This document shows, one piece after another, positions 39,366 through 53,996 of a DNA stretch of 64,000 nucleotides (position 1 is the first letter of the stretch; each line of letters starts with the position of its first letter). This DNA is from Octopus sinensis. Its lineage: Eukaryota. The notes below the pieces were generated by a model. The model saw only the letters and a program-made list of their open reading frames with translations, did no database searches and was not told where the DNA came from. The stretch spans positions 53,258,001-53,322,000 of the forward strand of contig NC_043004.1 in NCBI RefSeq assembly GCF_006345805.1, written 5' to 3'. The translations under genes were made by a program, and so were the position numbers.

Positions 39366-41947
39366 ATATATACATATATATATATATATACAGAGAGAGA
39401 GAGAGAGGTAAACCGAAACAGTGATTGATAGTTTGCGTCACTTATTTTGCTATCTCTATGCAACAGGTATCAGAAATGTCCTACCAATAACAGTCTCATT
39501 ATTCCTTGGTAGCATTATTTGAGAAGATAATCTCGTGGACAAGGATGAGCATCGGGTCATCAAAATACAGTTCAGTTACCCGAAAATAACATTCCAACAT
39601 TGATAGGAAAACTAATCAAAGTCTTGGGAATTCTCTTTGATAGCAGGATGAAGGATACAGTTGCTGTCTTCAAAACCAGCAGCCACCTTTCAAACAGGCT
39701 TACGAAGTGTAAATAACGGTTATCCGCTTACTTACATCCTAGTATATAACAGAATGCCATATGTCCAGCGTTTTCTTATAGTTATCACTAAACGATATCA
39801 TTATACTAAATGTAGAAACCTTGAAGATCAATATTAACAGATTTGTTTGATTAGTTTGTTTTCAATAGCCATGGTGTATCAGCAGCAACGCTCTCGACAA
39901 GCACACAAACGCCTGTACATCTCAGAAAAATTTGTGATGACACGAAACATGAAACATCCATGACGAACAGAAATACGGTGGACACTGTAATTGGAACAGC
40001 TGCTATTGAAGTATGCACAGTTAGAATATCAATTACTCCTAGAGAGTTCGAATTAGAAGAGTAATGGTTTCAGCTATGGGATCTTGTCGATACCGTGGTT
40101 CCAAGCATTCAGGATCAAGTTTCTTTCAGAACAGCCAGATTGTTAACGCCAAGGGAAAAGAGTATCAACACCTTCACTCTATGAAGTAACGTTTGTGCAA
40201 GTGTAACAGAAGTATGAACAAGCAACATGTTAAGACTCACCAAACAAATCTGTGGATAAGGTTGAATCAATATACAGCAGTGAATCATCTTGTAATTATA
40301 TATCTATAACGGGCTGAAATCCATCTCAAGAGATTCAACACCCAGTCTCTTCTCATAAATTTCAACCAAACTTCTCACAAAAAGGAAGAGGGTGCCACCA
40401 TCAAGTTCCGTGCATACTGAACGAGTGTCTTCTGAATAGATACATACGAACGCTAAGTCAACGGCCTCTACCAGAGAATACATAAGTAATTTTAAAAAGA
40501 AATTTGGATGTCCAGCAGGAAATAAATACCTGACAAAAACATTGCTTGTTACTTACGTACCTTTCACTTCCTCCATTTTAAAATTCAGTTTATATAATCG
40601 TGCCCATTCATTTAATAGGTGACATAATGCGAAAACAGTCGGTCTCCGCGAAGTTCCGAGTGATATAGATGGAAAATGTGGAGTTTCATCTAGCTTTGTA
40701 TACAAGTGGACACACTGAGTGTGTTAGCGATAGATGCAATCTCTGGTGCTTAGAATTATAAGAAATCTTAAAATTCTTTGTTACTTTTATTAAGAGAGTG
40801 GATGAAATGAACAGAAAATGCACGAAATCTCTCCGTAGAAATTTCTTGCACTTTAAATCAATTCTATAGAGGTTTCTACATATGCTAGATACGTATCTAT
40901 AACCCAAAAATATAGACTTCAAAATTACAGATATTTGATAACAAGTAATTTGTTATTAAATAGTATCATAATACTACTAATATATCTGAACATATTTAAA
41001 TCACTTTTGCCTTAGTTTAACGAGAGATACCAATGATTGTAATTATATATAATGCATATTTTATATAATTTCATTTGATAACTTTATTCAATTTGCTTCT
41101 AGCCTCCGTTGATATCAGTATAAAACTTACTTGCTTCATTACCCCTGATTATGAGATCTTTAATTCTTCATTATTCATTTTAATCTCATATATATTTTTA
41201 GCATTAAGCATCTAAGGCATTTATAATTCTTTATAATTCTCACAGTTTCTTGTTACATTTTCAAAATAATCCCCATTATTTTAAATTATCAAAGTAGGTG
41301 TGTAACCTATCTATCATTGTAATTTATTTGGTTTATTCTCAATAACATAGTGACAATATTGGTTAATAGGAAGTTGAGAACTCATTCTTTTTCGTGTTTC
41401 TTATTTCTACTGGGATATCAGTTCTATTCTGCCTCATTTATTCTTTCTGACCGTCCAACTCGTATGTTCATTGGAGCTAAATATCTGATCTAAATAAATT
41501 TCAATATTTATCTAAAATGAAGTCATAAATTTGTATCTTTATATTGACAATGATTGTTTCATAAACTACTTTAATTCGTGTAGTATATGACTTATTCGTT
41601 TATGCCAATGCCGTCTTCCATTCAGTATGTTGACCATTTACTTTATTTGATTTATCCTATTGTTTCTGTAGGTTAGAGTTACTGTCACTTTGATTATGGT
41701 AATTTCTGTATGTTAAGCAATTTAATTATTTTTTTCTTATTCTCATCTCCCCCTCTCTAACCATTGATATTCCACAGAGATCTGCATTGTATACCATTAA
41801 GTAATATTTTTTTGCATTATAATTTACTAGATCTCCTTTAATTAAATCTAATATTCTATTTGTTCTGCAATAATTATTCGGAGCACTTTTACCAAGATGG
41901 ATTAAGCAAATGAATAAATAACAGTGGATTTTATTACCCATACCATA

Positions 41948-42356
41948 GGCGCAGGAGTGGCTGTGTGGTAAGTAGCATGCTAACTAACCACATGGTTCCG
42001 GGTTCAATCCCACTGCGTGGCATCTTGGGCAAATGTCTTCTGCTATAGCCCCAGGCCGACCAATGCCTTGTGAGTGGATTTGGTAGACGGAAACTGAAAG
42101 AAGCCTGTCGTATATATGTATATATATATATGTGTGTGTGTTTGTATGTCTGTGTTTGTCCCCCTAGCATTGCTTGACAACCGATGCTGGTGTATTTACG
42201 TCCCCGTCACTTAGCGGTTCGGCAAAAGAGACCGATAGAATAAGTACTGGGCTTACAAAGAATAAGTCCCGGGGTCGATTTGCTCGACTAAAGGCGGTGC
42301 TCCAGCATGGCCGCAGTCAAATGACTGAAACAAGTAAAAGATAAAAGATAAAAGAT
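41948..42356 (+). mobile_element. SINE S1, full-length reference copy
   Basis: A box TGGCTGTGTGG, B box GGTTCAATCCC, internal TA/TG tract, (TAAAAGA)n tail. Confidence 0.93.
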
Positions 42357-43129
42357 ACCACCTCTTGACGTCTAAACAACACAGTAAAAGTTTTGTGTTT
42401 TTAGAACAATGGTGTCAGTCTCTATTACATATCTAATAAGATCACATGTCATGACCGTAAGCAAGCATATTTTCCAGTACCAGATTTTATGAGGCGGGTC
42501 GTTAAGATTATTAACGTATTTAGACTAAAAAGTACCTTTAACTATTCTGTAATTTACTACCACATTCTGTTACCACAATCGTGACTGAGATATTTCAGTC
42601 CCGCCCATTTTATTTTCATTAAATATTAGTAATTATTTTTCAAAATGTCACATGATAACAAGCTGTTAATTAGTCAATATGTCACGGTTCACTTGTTTAT
42701 TTCGTAATCCTGATGAGTTGGAAGTTGCCTAACGTATTACATAATCCTATGAAAGTGGTGCATACTTACCTGATGGTAACATTTTTGCATCAAAGTAAAA
42801 ACTCTTAATGAAATCAATGTCGCAGCATCAGGTAAACCGATCATATGCCATTCTTTAAAGTTTTCACGCCGCTTTTAAGGTTATTTTACGCTTTCGATAT
42901 ATTTGCATACAAGTGAAGTTGTGGTTTACCAAATATCGGTGAACTTCCTTTCATCGATGCATTCACTGCTATGATAACCGATCAAGTAATTGTGTGAGTT
43001 GTGTCATTCTATCTAGCCATTAACTGTGGCCTGCTTCACTTTGATATACTCCCATCGTTAATGGATCCCCTTTAATCAAATCCCCACTTCTCTCTCTCTC
43101 TCTCTCTTCCTCTCTCTATTTCTCTCTGT

Positions 43130-43162
<33 letters not shown>

Positions 43163-44119
43163 ATATATATATATACAGAGAGAGAGAGAGAGAGAAATAG
43201 AAAGAAAGACTGACAGATAGATAAATAGATAAGTGTTATTATTTTTCATATCAAGAGGTCTGTAAGTTGCGTTGCCCCTTATACTCTTATGTAAGCATTT
43301 AAAGATTATTCTTCTGCCCTTAAAGTACACTTTTTTATGTATAGTGAAATGTTGCCATAATATTATCATCTTTCTTTCCTTGTCGTATTGAAATCTCTTT
43401 TTAAAAAAGCGGGAGCCAGCTATGTAAATCGTTATAAACATTGTACGGGGATGGAGAGGATCTGTGTATATGTGTTCGTCTCTATACGTACATGAGCGTT
43501 TCATAAAAGCAAGCAACATCATATACGAGAATAACAAGATGGCAGCCGTATTATCTTGCTGTATTCACTTCTACGTCAGAGCTGCATTGTATACCATTAT
43601 TGTAGCAAGCTAAGTGGAACTGTCTGGTATTGAACCGTGACCAAATGTCCAGAAGAATAGGAGAGATGGTGTCAAGTGCCAAATTTAGACTATATAAAAT
43701 CTAATTCAATTTCTGATCTTTAGTTATCTTCATTATCTTGCTTCGGTAATAAATCAATATAGTTCGGAACCACGAGAAATTGAATTTTAACGAAGTGCAT
43801 ATGGGCTAATTCAAATATACGTACGCTCATGTACAATAAACATATACATTCGTCAATATATGCAAACACATAATTGTACAGATGTATGTGCTTAGCAATA
43901 TGCGTGTGCGCGTGCGGCTGCTTTAAAACATTTCACCTCATTTCCGTTATAATCCTTGGCTTATGTCACGATTACATACACATTCGCGCAGATATATAAT
44001 CACACAAGCGCAGACATGTACTTTGGTACGTATAAAATACAGGCGTATACGCATGTGAGTGCGAGCATACGGCCGCAAATGAATACACACACGCATACAC
44101 AAGCACACACGCACAAACG

Positions 44120-44181
<62 letters not shown>

Positions 44182-44226
44182 ATATGTATGTATGTATGTC
44201 TCTCTCTCTCTCTCTCTCTCTTTATA

Positions 44227-44282
<56 letters not shown>

Positions 44283-44284
44283 CG

Positions 44285-44580
44285 AAACACTCATGTTTCC
44301 AAGGGTTAATTATCCAAACCCCAAAGAATCCTTCTCAACACATGGCTATGAGTCTCCCCCACTACTTCTGCTCGTGATCAGAGTTGTAAAAGTCGTCAGT
44401 CACTAAGGGACATGCTAAACTGGTTAAGGTCAAACAACTGGCAAACAGATCTGTGGTATTGAGCAGAATATTTGCTGTAGCCCTTCTTTTATACAAAGAC
44501 ACAACAATGTACATGATAACACTTCCATATCAGTTAAGAGCAGAAGCCATGAGAGGTACAGCCTGGTGCTGCATCAGCAC
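44285..44580. repeat. Unclassified repeat family C, copy 1
   Basis: Shares AACACATGGCTATGA, ATCTGT.GTATTGAGCAGAATATTTGCTGTAGCC and TACATGATAACACTTCCA with 63400-63665. Confidence 0.8.
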
Positions 44581-44581
44581 A

Positions 44582-44615
44582 TTTATTATTATTATTATTA
44601 TTGTTATTATTATTA

Positions 44616-44694
<79 letters not shown>

Positions 44695-45240
44695 CATTCC
44701 TTCGTAACACAGTGTAGGTAAAAATGCGCCGGAGACTTTAGTCGTCTGTCAAGTCACAACAAGGACCTTAGACAGATAATACTTTCGTTAAGATGTGCGC
44801 TGTGCCCAATAAGACTGCTTTCTGCACGACATCAATCTTGCTTGGTTTTCCAGTTGCCTTAAGAAGTTTTGAAGTTTAAATGGGATTGAGCCCAACGCTC
44901 CGATCACCACTGTATGGTTTTTACATTACCCTCTCACATTCCATACAGTCATGCCATTTCTACCTTCAATTCTGAGTACTTGGTGCTTTTTTCAACCACT
45001 TTACTTGCAAATTCATGTCATTTTGTATGGCTACATCAATGAGCTGACAATTTTTTTTCTCTCTTATTCAATATGACAATATCCGACCGACAGATTATAC
45101 GATGCGTCTGAAAATCATAGTCCCAGAGTATCGTTACTTTTCCATCCTCCTGCATGCTTTTACTTAGTACATGCTCATACCAGTTCTCTGTTACTTCATA
45201 TTGTTATTTACGGACGTTGCTGGGACTTTGATCCACTCTC
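44582..45240 (-). mobile_element. R4/Dong-like non-LTR retrotransposon 3' fragment ending in (TAA)n
   Basis: NWYEHV..DGKVTILWDYDFQT..DIVILNK..CQLIDVAI..KYSELKVE (restriction-like endonuclease domain). Plus-strand (ATT)n at 44582-44696 forms the tail. Confidence 0.8.
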
Positions 45241-46429
45241 CTTCAACTCAGATACAGGTCAATATTTTCCTCCTATACATAAGTATCCCACTTTCAGTCA
45301 TAAGCAATAATGCACACGTTTGGTTGCACTCGTCACTGTATTCTAACCTTCCACGCGTAGATGTCTAGTACATTTAGCTTAGCAAATATTGATTCCCCCA
45401 ACATCATAAATATATAATCTCTACACAGAGCAAAGAACCTATGTCGCTACAAATACTAAATCTCATAAACACTGAGGCTATCTTTCAGTCTTTCATATCC
45501 ACGATATTGCAAAAAATCACGACCCAATGAATAGACATCCTCTTTCAAGCCAGAAATATTTCATTGTGAACAATTGACTCTCTGCAGAGATCAACTTAGA
45601 CACAAAATAGAAAACAGCTCCCAGATCTTGAAAATTCCCTTTGGTGCGCAGAGAAACATCTTAGAGCGCATGTAAAAGAAAACAACCCACTAATTAGGAA
45701 GGTTCCACGTACCAATATTTAACGAATGCCAAATTGGAAGCAGAGCCGCTAAATAATAAAATACGATGTTTTTGTAATATTCATTATGACGCCTTGAGAA
45801 CTGAGTTCAAGTCTCATTGCTCGTTTTCCCTCATTTCAGTAGTGATAAAATAAAGCACAAGACCAACAAGGATGGCAAAATAATAGAGCGCCGAGATGAC
45901 ATATCTTGTGGTATTTATACTAGCTCGCAGCGTCCTGAGTTCAAATCTGGTCGAGATCAACTTTATCATTTTACCCACTTTCCGGTATTAATAAAATTAA
46001 AGCACTAAGCTAGGTCAGGCCAGGATAGTGAGGTAGTAGCGCTTCCAGACGAAATTGTTTGAGGCATTTGTTTAGGCTATGTAACCTTTGAATCCTTGAG
46101 TGATGGGCTTAATCAATGGCTCAGATAATCTCCACCACCATTTGTCCTTGGGCGCCTTTAACGCGTTTCTCGCTGTTGCTAGCATTCAGGCTACATCTCT
46201 GCTGTACATTCCTAAACTCCTTCCAGTTTCGGAGACCTTACAAAAAAATTAATGGCCTCCGGTGTTTCTCTTATCTTCTGACTAAAAACAGTAAATGGAA
46301 AAATTGCGCTAGCGCTCAGAAGCTAGAACATCACCCTGCATTTGTCTATTGTAACTACAGTTGCCTCTGATGTTCACAGTATAATTCAAAGCCAACCCTA
46401 AAACACATCCAAGCATCTTTTCTTAATCG

Positions 46430-46813
46430 TTATATATCTCTTACTTCCACCCACAAAATATAAAACACAGTAATTTCTCTCCAGAACTCTAACCGTTTAG
46501 AATTAATTAGTAACCTGCAATTAAGCATAGACGTACATATGCAGCGTTGCGCTGTGAATATCATCTTTTTCCCTTCGACTACTTCCAAAGGATATCCGAG
46601 CGGGCTTATATAATACTTTTTTCTGACTAAAACTATTAAATATGATCCCATATGACGAACACGTACTATAAAATCCGCGTATTTGGATTGTATGTTCACA
46701 CAGCACTTATTTACTAGCAATAAACTATGGTTCAGATACACCTTACTTAAGCATGGATCAAATAGGGAGCTACCTTTATATTTACAGTCACTGTTCTTCT
46801 TTATTGCACCCAA
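46430..46813 (-). other. Non-repetitive ORF with a short RGM_C-like segment (possible pseudo-exon)
   Basis: VNIQSKYADFIVRVRHMGSYLIVLVR resembles, from memory, the RGM segment [26 protein letters not shown]. Unverified. Confidence 0.3.
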
Positions 46814-47344
46814 TTATATTAATATAACCTGAAGTATTTTGTGAAATCTATGTATTTCTTAAAATCCCATTATATATTTCTAGTTCTGTTAACTGAATAT
46901 AATTAATGAATTTATTTCCAGCAAAAAGAATTCCAGCTCACTGTATTTTGAATTGGCTCAATAGCCCCCACTATATTTTTAATATGCTCTGGTGAACTGT
47001 ACCTAACTATGGTACTTCCATACAACTGGTCGATATGTATCGCATTTTCATGTCTATATAACTACTTTTTGCAGAGACAAATGGTGGATTATATTAGGTA
47101 GTTAACACAGATACAACAGTAGGCAAGTGATGGCATATGCAACTTTAACTCTAAGATCGATAATTCTACGTAGCATTAACACATTATCTATCTTCCCTTG
47201 GTTACAAATTTTCTTTGAAATTCATAGAAAAATAACAAATATTTTGTACAACATCGTTCATATCAAAGACATTTTGCTGAGAAACTTTGCTGAAACTAGC
47301 CATATCCAGTTTGCCGATAGAGAATGTCAAGCGAGTAAGCTTAC

Positions 47345-47429
47345 CTTTGCTCTGTCGGTAATCATAGAATAATAAAGTAGAAAATAATAACAGAAAATAA
47401 AGGTAAATTATACTGCAATGATCCTTCAT
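47345..47429 (-). CDS. Candidate signal-peptide exon (85 nt, phase 1)
   Basis: Pyrimidine tract + AG, then ATG..MKDHCSIIYLYFLLLFSTLLFYDYRQSK, then AAG|GTAAGC donor. Confidence 0.3.
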
Positions 47430-47829
47430 CTTTTGTAAATAAAACAAAAGTATAGAAAACAAAAATTATTTGTAAACAATCGTGATGGAATTTCACAAAT
47501 AATAAGGAGCCGCTTTTATTGCTTTTCTTATCTTTCCAGATACATCCATCATGTTTAGGGTGGAAACGTAAGGACACTAAGGTTATATATGTGTTGTACA
47601 GAATTCACAGAACCTTTATATCTGATATCTGCTATCTCGTTATCTTCGTTTCTCACCACTAATTACATTTCTTCATATATCTTCAGTTATCCTTTTTGTA
47701 TTTTGTATCTTTGCTTTGTTTTCTTCCCCTAAGAATATTCCGGAATGATGGATGGTGTGCAATAATGCCATCTGATATATAATTTACATCAAATTTGGAT
47801 GTAAGCATATGTTTTTGATGTTCTTTTAT

Positions 47830-48099
47830 AAATCTCTGATAAATCGCATTGTGCTGGGGTCGGTAATGGCGCTGTTGGTTGTATAGTTGTACTGGTGGTG
47901 GTTGTAGCAATATCCATGGTGGTGCTGGTGTGCTGCTGTTGCTGATAGTGCTGGTTGTGGTGCTGGAAGTGGTCGATGCTGCAGACGTGATTTTGGTAGT
48001 AGTAATGGTGACACTGATCGTTGTATTCTTGTAAACTTTGTAGTGGCTTCGTCATCGTTTTTGTTGTAGTTGTGTCTTCGAGTGTTAGAGTCCTGGCGT

Positions 48100-48146
<47 letters not shown>

Positions 48147-48866
48147 ATAGTGGTGGTGGTGGTCGTCGTGGTGGTGGTCGTCGTGGTGGTCGTCGTGGTG
48201 TTGATAGTGGTGGTAGCACTGTTATGGTGATTGTTTAGGTCTCCATAATAATATCAGTGGTAGTGGTAGCGGCGGATGTGGTAGTGTTCGATGCTGTAGT
48301 TGCAGTTATAGCATAAACATAGTGGAGGTGGTGATGGTGGTGTTGGTAGCACTGTTTTGGTGATTGTTTAGGTCGCCATAATAATATCAGTGGTAGGGGT
48401 AGCAGTGGAGGTGGTAGTGCTCGTTGCTGTAGTTGCAGTTATAGCATACACATAGTTGTGATGGGGATGGTGGTGGTGGTGATGGTAATGATGGTGTTGG
48501 TGGTGGGGGGTGATGGTGATGGTGGTGGAGGTGGTGCTGGCGGCGGCGGCGGCTGCGAAAGTGTTGCAGCCAACGGTAATTTTAGTTGCAGTCGTTACTA
48601 ATGGTAGTGTTTGTGACCGTAGTGACGGTGGTGCTGCCTGCTATAGTTGCTTATTAGTAATAGTCATAGTGGTAGTACTACCGTTTGTAGCTGTTGTAAT
48701 TGTAGTTGTTGTTGTGGTGTTGTTGATGGATGTTGTAGAAGTAGTAGTGCTGTCGCTACTTGTAGTCTCGGCAGTGGTGGAATGAGTAGTTGTAACTGCA
48801 ATGGTCTTTAAATGATATTGGTATTGTTATTGCCGTTGTATTTCTTGGGGGGGGGCGGTGTTGTCG

Positions 48867-48904
<38 letters not shown>

Positions 48905-49260
48905 GGTGGTGGTGGTATCAGTGGTTGTTTTTTGCTGTAGTAGTGTCAATGGTTGCTGTTGAAAGATTGGCGGAGCCGTTGAAAATTTTATAGACACTGT
49001 GGTGGTGGTATTGGTACTGGAGATTGTTGTACATATTTATTTTTGTAGAAGTGGTAGTTGTCAGTGTTGGTGATAGCAGATGTAGTAGAATCGGGGTTTT
49101 GTGTTTTGTTGCAATTGTGGTCGGATTAGTTTCGGTCACTTTAGTATTTGTGGTGATAGGAGGTGGCAGTGGCGGTGGGATGTTTGTTGTGGTGGTAATG
49201 GTGCTGCTGGTGCGGGTGAGATAACAGTTGTATATTTCCCATGTGTTTTGTTATCGTTGC
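47830..49260. repeat. Degenerate (GTG/GTT/GTA)n low-complexity tract with an internal ~133-bp tandem duplication (48212, 48345)
   Basis: Direct reading. Confidence 0.85.
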
Positions 49261-49726
49261 TTACATCTTCAACGACCTTAATTAAATAAATGCAAGATGA
49301 ATATTAGCTCTTCTCTCTGAGCTAAGCCTGCCACGTAGCCTCAGGAGCGAGCAAACTACCAAAACACTGTTATTCCATTATCACAGACTTTCATATTATA
49401 CCAATGAACGCAACAAAATATTTCCCAAGCATTTATGCATTCAAGAGGTCCGGAAGACACCAGTCCATCATACTTTATTGTGGAGTAGGATTACACGCAA
49501 AAAATACCAGTATTGAAATGTTTGGGTCGATTAAATTCGTAACAAAGGGGAAAAGGCGAAGTGGAGAGAAGCTATTGGCAGGACAAGTCGCAAATTGAAA
49601 TATTCTTCACTCATATACACATGTAAATTCTTGAAGACTGTTACACGCAGACACACATCAACATACACATACAGATATAGATACTTATATATAATATACT
49701 ATACATATACATACATACATACATAT

Positions 49727-49786
<60 letters not shown>

Positions 49787-49787
49787 G

Positions 49788-49975
49788 GGAAAGTTCACGA
49801 AAAAAACAAATGACGAAGACAGGTGGTGTACAAAACAAACCGTATTAGTATAACGCTCAGGAATTGAGAAAGTATTTTACGTTTCAAGCCTACGCTCTTC
49901 TACAGAAAGGGACACAGAAAAAAAACAAGGAGAGAAACAAGGAGAGAGAGAAAATGTGTGTAGTGGCTACCGATG
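49788..49975 (-). mobile_element. Family B copy, HHR-like core 49875-49908
   Basis: UUU-CUGUAGA-A-GAGC GUAG GCUU-GAAA-CG-U-A-AAA; abuts (TA)n. Confidence 0.7.
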
Positions 49976-52900
49976 ATATTGACTTTATCTATAAGTATGT
50001 ATATGTATGGTCGTGTGTGTGTGATTTGTCAAAGCTTTTCAATTACACTATTTATTTTCATGTTGAACCATCATTATAGTTGACTCTACCTAGCTACTTT
50101 CGTAAAAGGAATACGCTGATTTGTTCTCGAACAGATTTTGTATTCTTCTGATCCTTAATTACCCATATCATATAATCGCAGTTAGCTGTATTTTACTGCA
50201 CTATGGTAGCTAAATGCAACGATCTGAAAGTTACTAACTAGATTTAATGCATTCAACCTAATGTGGACTCTACCTAACATATCTCTACAGAACTACATAG
50301 GTTGAGTAAGTGTGAGTTATGTAACATGTTTTATGGAATCAATGCAGCACAGTTGATTTGATGCAATATGTGATGTAATAAATAAAGTCCTCCAATGGGA
50401 ATTCAGCGAATATCAACTCGACGGCCCCTGTAACTCTACTGCTACTCTGTATGCATTACAAAATAATTTATTTCAATTCGAGTCTCGCAAATATAATATT
50501 CGTATATTATTTTTATTAGTATTACCAAGAACATAAATAATGTCAAATACAAATAAATGTTTTCTTCTCATCTGATATTTTTTCTACTTTCTCCTCTTAA
50601 TTTCTTATCTGAAAATCTCAGTTTCTTTATATGTTCGAAATAGGCATAAAACTTGAAATCAACTCATATCCCCTGATACATAATTTCTGTTTCATTTGAT
50701 AGCATTTTAGTTTAGTAATATATTCTGTTAGCTTAGCTGTTAGTTTTACTGAACAATAACCATAAATTGCATTATTGCTATGGTGGGATATTTAATCAGT
50801 TTCCTTCTTTAAAGAGACTTTTCTGTATATTTACTATGCAAGGCAATAGTTAAAATTGTCTAAAGTTTGCAATGTTCAACAGAAACATCTTCATAATATT
50901 TAGCTATTTTAAAAGACGGCCAATGACACGAATTGTGGAAAGTGTAGTATATACGAATATATAAAACAACAGAATGTTAAACACAATTAACGGGTCAGAC
51001 GTTCGTATTCAAAACGCTGCTAGCAACTTTATTTCATTGTGTCCTTGGCTGAATAGCTAAGAGCTTAGCGCATCCATTTATCAGTGGAGGTACAGAACAT
51101 ATTCGCTTGCACCAAATAAGAATTATTCTATTATACCAGATAAGTGATTCTTTTAGTGAACTGGTGAGTCTAAATGATATGTGATTGGAAAATTTCTTTG
51201 AGAGAATCCTTTGAGTAACTTTCTCTTTCATTTTTATCTCTCCAAAATTTAACATGAAATGCCAGTTAAGAAAATCGTTTTATCAATGAAAATGTGGACT
51301 GATAATTAAGAGACAATTCACTTGAGGCTGCATTGATATCTTAAATGTATTTAGAATATAAACAAATTACGCCAAAACAAACTACATACTATGTTGAGTT
51401 AAAGTTCTATTAGTTAGAAGTACAATCGTGATGGATATACGGTTAACTTCAATGTCAATATGCAAAGTAAAGATTTACGAAGGTGGATTGATATAAAGAT
51501 ATATACAATGTAAATATATACAATGATCTGGTAGATTTCACAACTTATTGTACTTTACTATATCAAAAGTAACTCATATGCATGCAAATTTGTGATGTAA
51601 TATAACTAAATGACATTTTTGTGTAATATATCAATAGACATATCATCTCAAAGATATCTAATAAGTCTTCGCTGCAGAGGGAATATAATATATCTAATGT
51701 AATTCGGGATAATAACATGACATATGTTTAACGTTAGCCCTTATCCAAGATAAATGACAAGATTAGAGACAATCCTGTACAGTTGCTGATAATCGGAAGT
51801 TACAAAAGTTGCCCAAATTACTCAGGCGATGAAATGAATTATTGAACAAATATTTCATAATTCTTATTTTATTTTATTTTTATTTTTTTCTATTTCTTTT
51901 ATTTAATGTTTTCGTTGTTTAAGTTCCTCGATTAGGCCATGCTGGAAGGAGAACCCATGACTTATTTTAAACTGGAACATATAGTATCATCCCATGCAAA
52001 CATAATTCTAGCTGCCACGCTTCACATATATGCATTTATGTCTGGGTATGCGTCTATAATTTTAGATATCCCAGTTAGTGCACTCGTAAACTGCTATGCA
52101 CAAGAAAGTTATGTTTCTTTCAAATTGTGCTTTAATACGAGAGAACTCTCATTTTTATGACAGAGTTAAAGCTAGTAGAGCGATATTCTTGTGTTTTCTG
52201 TAATAATAAAATAAGTACTGGAACCCGTGGAAATTCCACAGAGCGAAAAAGATTGAGAGAAAATATTTAAGAAAGAAAGGATGATTTGGGTTTTTCTTTT
52301 TTGATTTTGCTAAGACGTGAGGCAGTTATATAACATTTCTCTCACGCTTTTTCTCTCTGCTTCTTTTCTCCCTTCGTCTTTTTCTCTCGCTCATCGCCTG
52401 TCCCTTCAAGTAACCACCTGATGCATTTGGCCTTAGTGTATTATGATACACCTCTCTTCTTTCTTCTCTACTCACATTCCTCCTCCCCTCCTTCTCTCTC
52501 TTTACCCAACGTCTCAATTCCAGTTACAATAATATATGTTTTCAACATTTCTGTCTTCTAAGCACTTCAACAAACATTTTAACCATGGAATTACGCTCTT
52601 CATGTCTTCAATATTTCTCTCTTTTTCTCCAGCTCTGACTTCCACTAACCACATGAATAAACGACATAATGCATATCTGCCTATCTACTCTCTAATTCGC
52701 ACTCACGTTCTCTCTTCTCTATCACTCCATCTTGTCCTCCACTCTAATAAAATAAAACATCATACTTTTACGAACAGATAGAATAATATTATATATTTAG
52801 TCCAATAAAAAAATATTTTTCATATCAACAGAGATCCACATCACCATCATCATCATCACAACAGTTTTCAGTAACAAAGCTCATTTCAGTTCAGTTCAAC

Positions 52901-53933
52901 AGCTTCTTCATATCTACTTTTTCTTGTTGTCGATGTGTCTCTACTCTGACAATACATACGCTATCTATTCTCTCTCACTCTCTCTCTCCCCTCTCTCGCA
53001 ACCCTCCCTATCGCCCTCTCTCTGTTTCTTTCCCTCTTTCTCTCTCTTAATGTAACTGCCTCTCGTCTATCTGCCATATCTCTCTCTCTCTGACTCTACA
53101 AACTTGCCACCAGAACATCACCCTCTGCTAAATATTGTATCCTGAACATACTTCTTTCTCTTTACCTTTCGCTGCTAACGCTATCGCACGTCATTACCAC
53201 TTCCTTCGCCCTCTTTCTCTCTCCCTCTTTTCTCTCACACTCTGTTCTCCCGCTCTTCTCCTGTCCCTTCAGCTAACCATTTGATGCACTTGACCTTAGT
53301 ATATTATGATACTTCTGTTTTCTTTCTTCCCTAATCACATTCCTCGCCTCCTTCCCTCTCTCTCTCAATTTACATAACCTCTTACTCACTCCACCTCCAC
53401 CTCTCTAACTAACTAAACTATGATGAGCGAACGAACAAGGAGATTATTATATAGACATGTTATTATGCCATTTTTTATATAGTATCCAAGAAAATGTCTG
53501 GTCTAAACCTTTATACCTTTATTTATCACAGATTTTTTAAAATAATTTAACCTTATATCAGCGCGAAATTGCTTTATGCTTATATTTCGAAATCCTTGCT
53601 CGCCAGTTTATAAGCCGAGTGATATAAAAATCATTGAAACAGGTGCAGACATAAAACAAATTGAAATATGATATTGCTTTCTGTTTTTTTTTTATTTTTA
53701 TTTCAAGTGTACTTTGCTCTATTTACCAGTTAGAGACAATTTTGCAGTATATGCAAGATGAATATGCATTTTAAATATCATTTTAAGGGAATATGGCGAA
53801 CACTAACATACCTGGTTACATGACATGCATGAAAAGTATTTTAATAATGCTGTACATAACGTGGTACATATACATATAATGACTTGTATATATCTATATC
53901 TATCTATCTGTCTGTCCGCCTTCTGTCTATCTA

Positions 53934-53996
<63 letters not shown>

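Noticed and set aside
39440-40480. Possible decayed LINE (KVLGILFDSRM; CILNEC)
   Set aside because: Two short matches only; too weak to assign without a profile search.
42764-42774. ATACTTACCTG matching the U1 snRNA 5' end
   Set aside because: No further U1 similarity. It is simply a consensus donor site on the minus strand, and I found no convincing coding exon upstream.
52395-53380. Two ~120-bp similar segments in a CT-rich region (52395-52510, 53258-53380)
   Set aside because: Ordinary old local duplication within low-complexity DNA.
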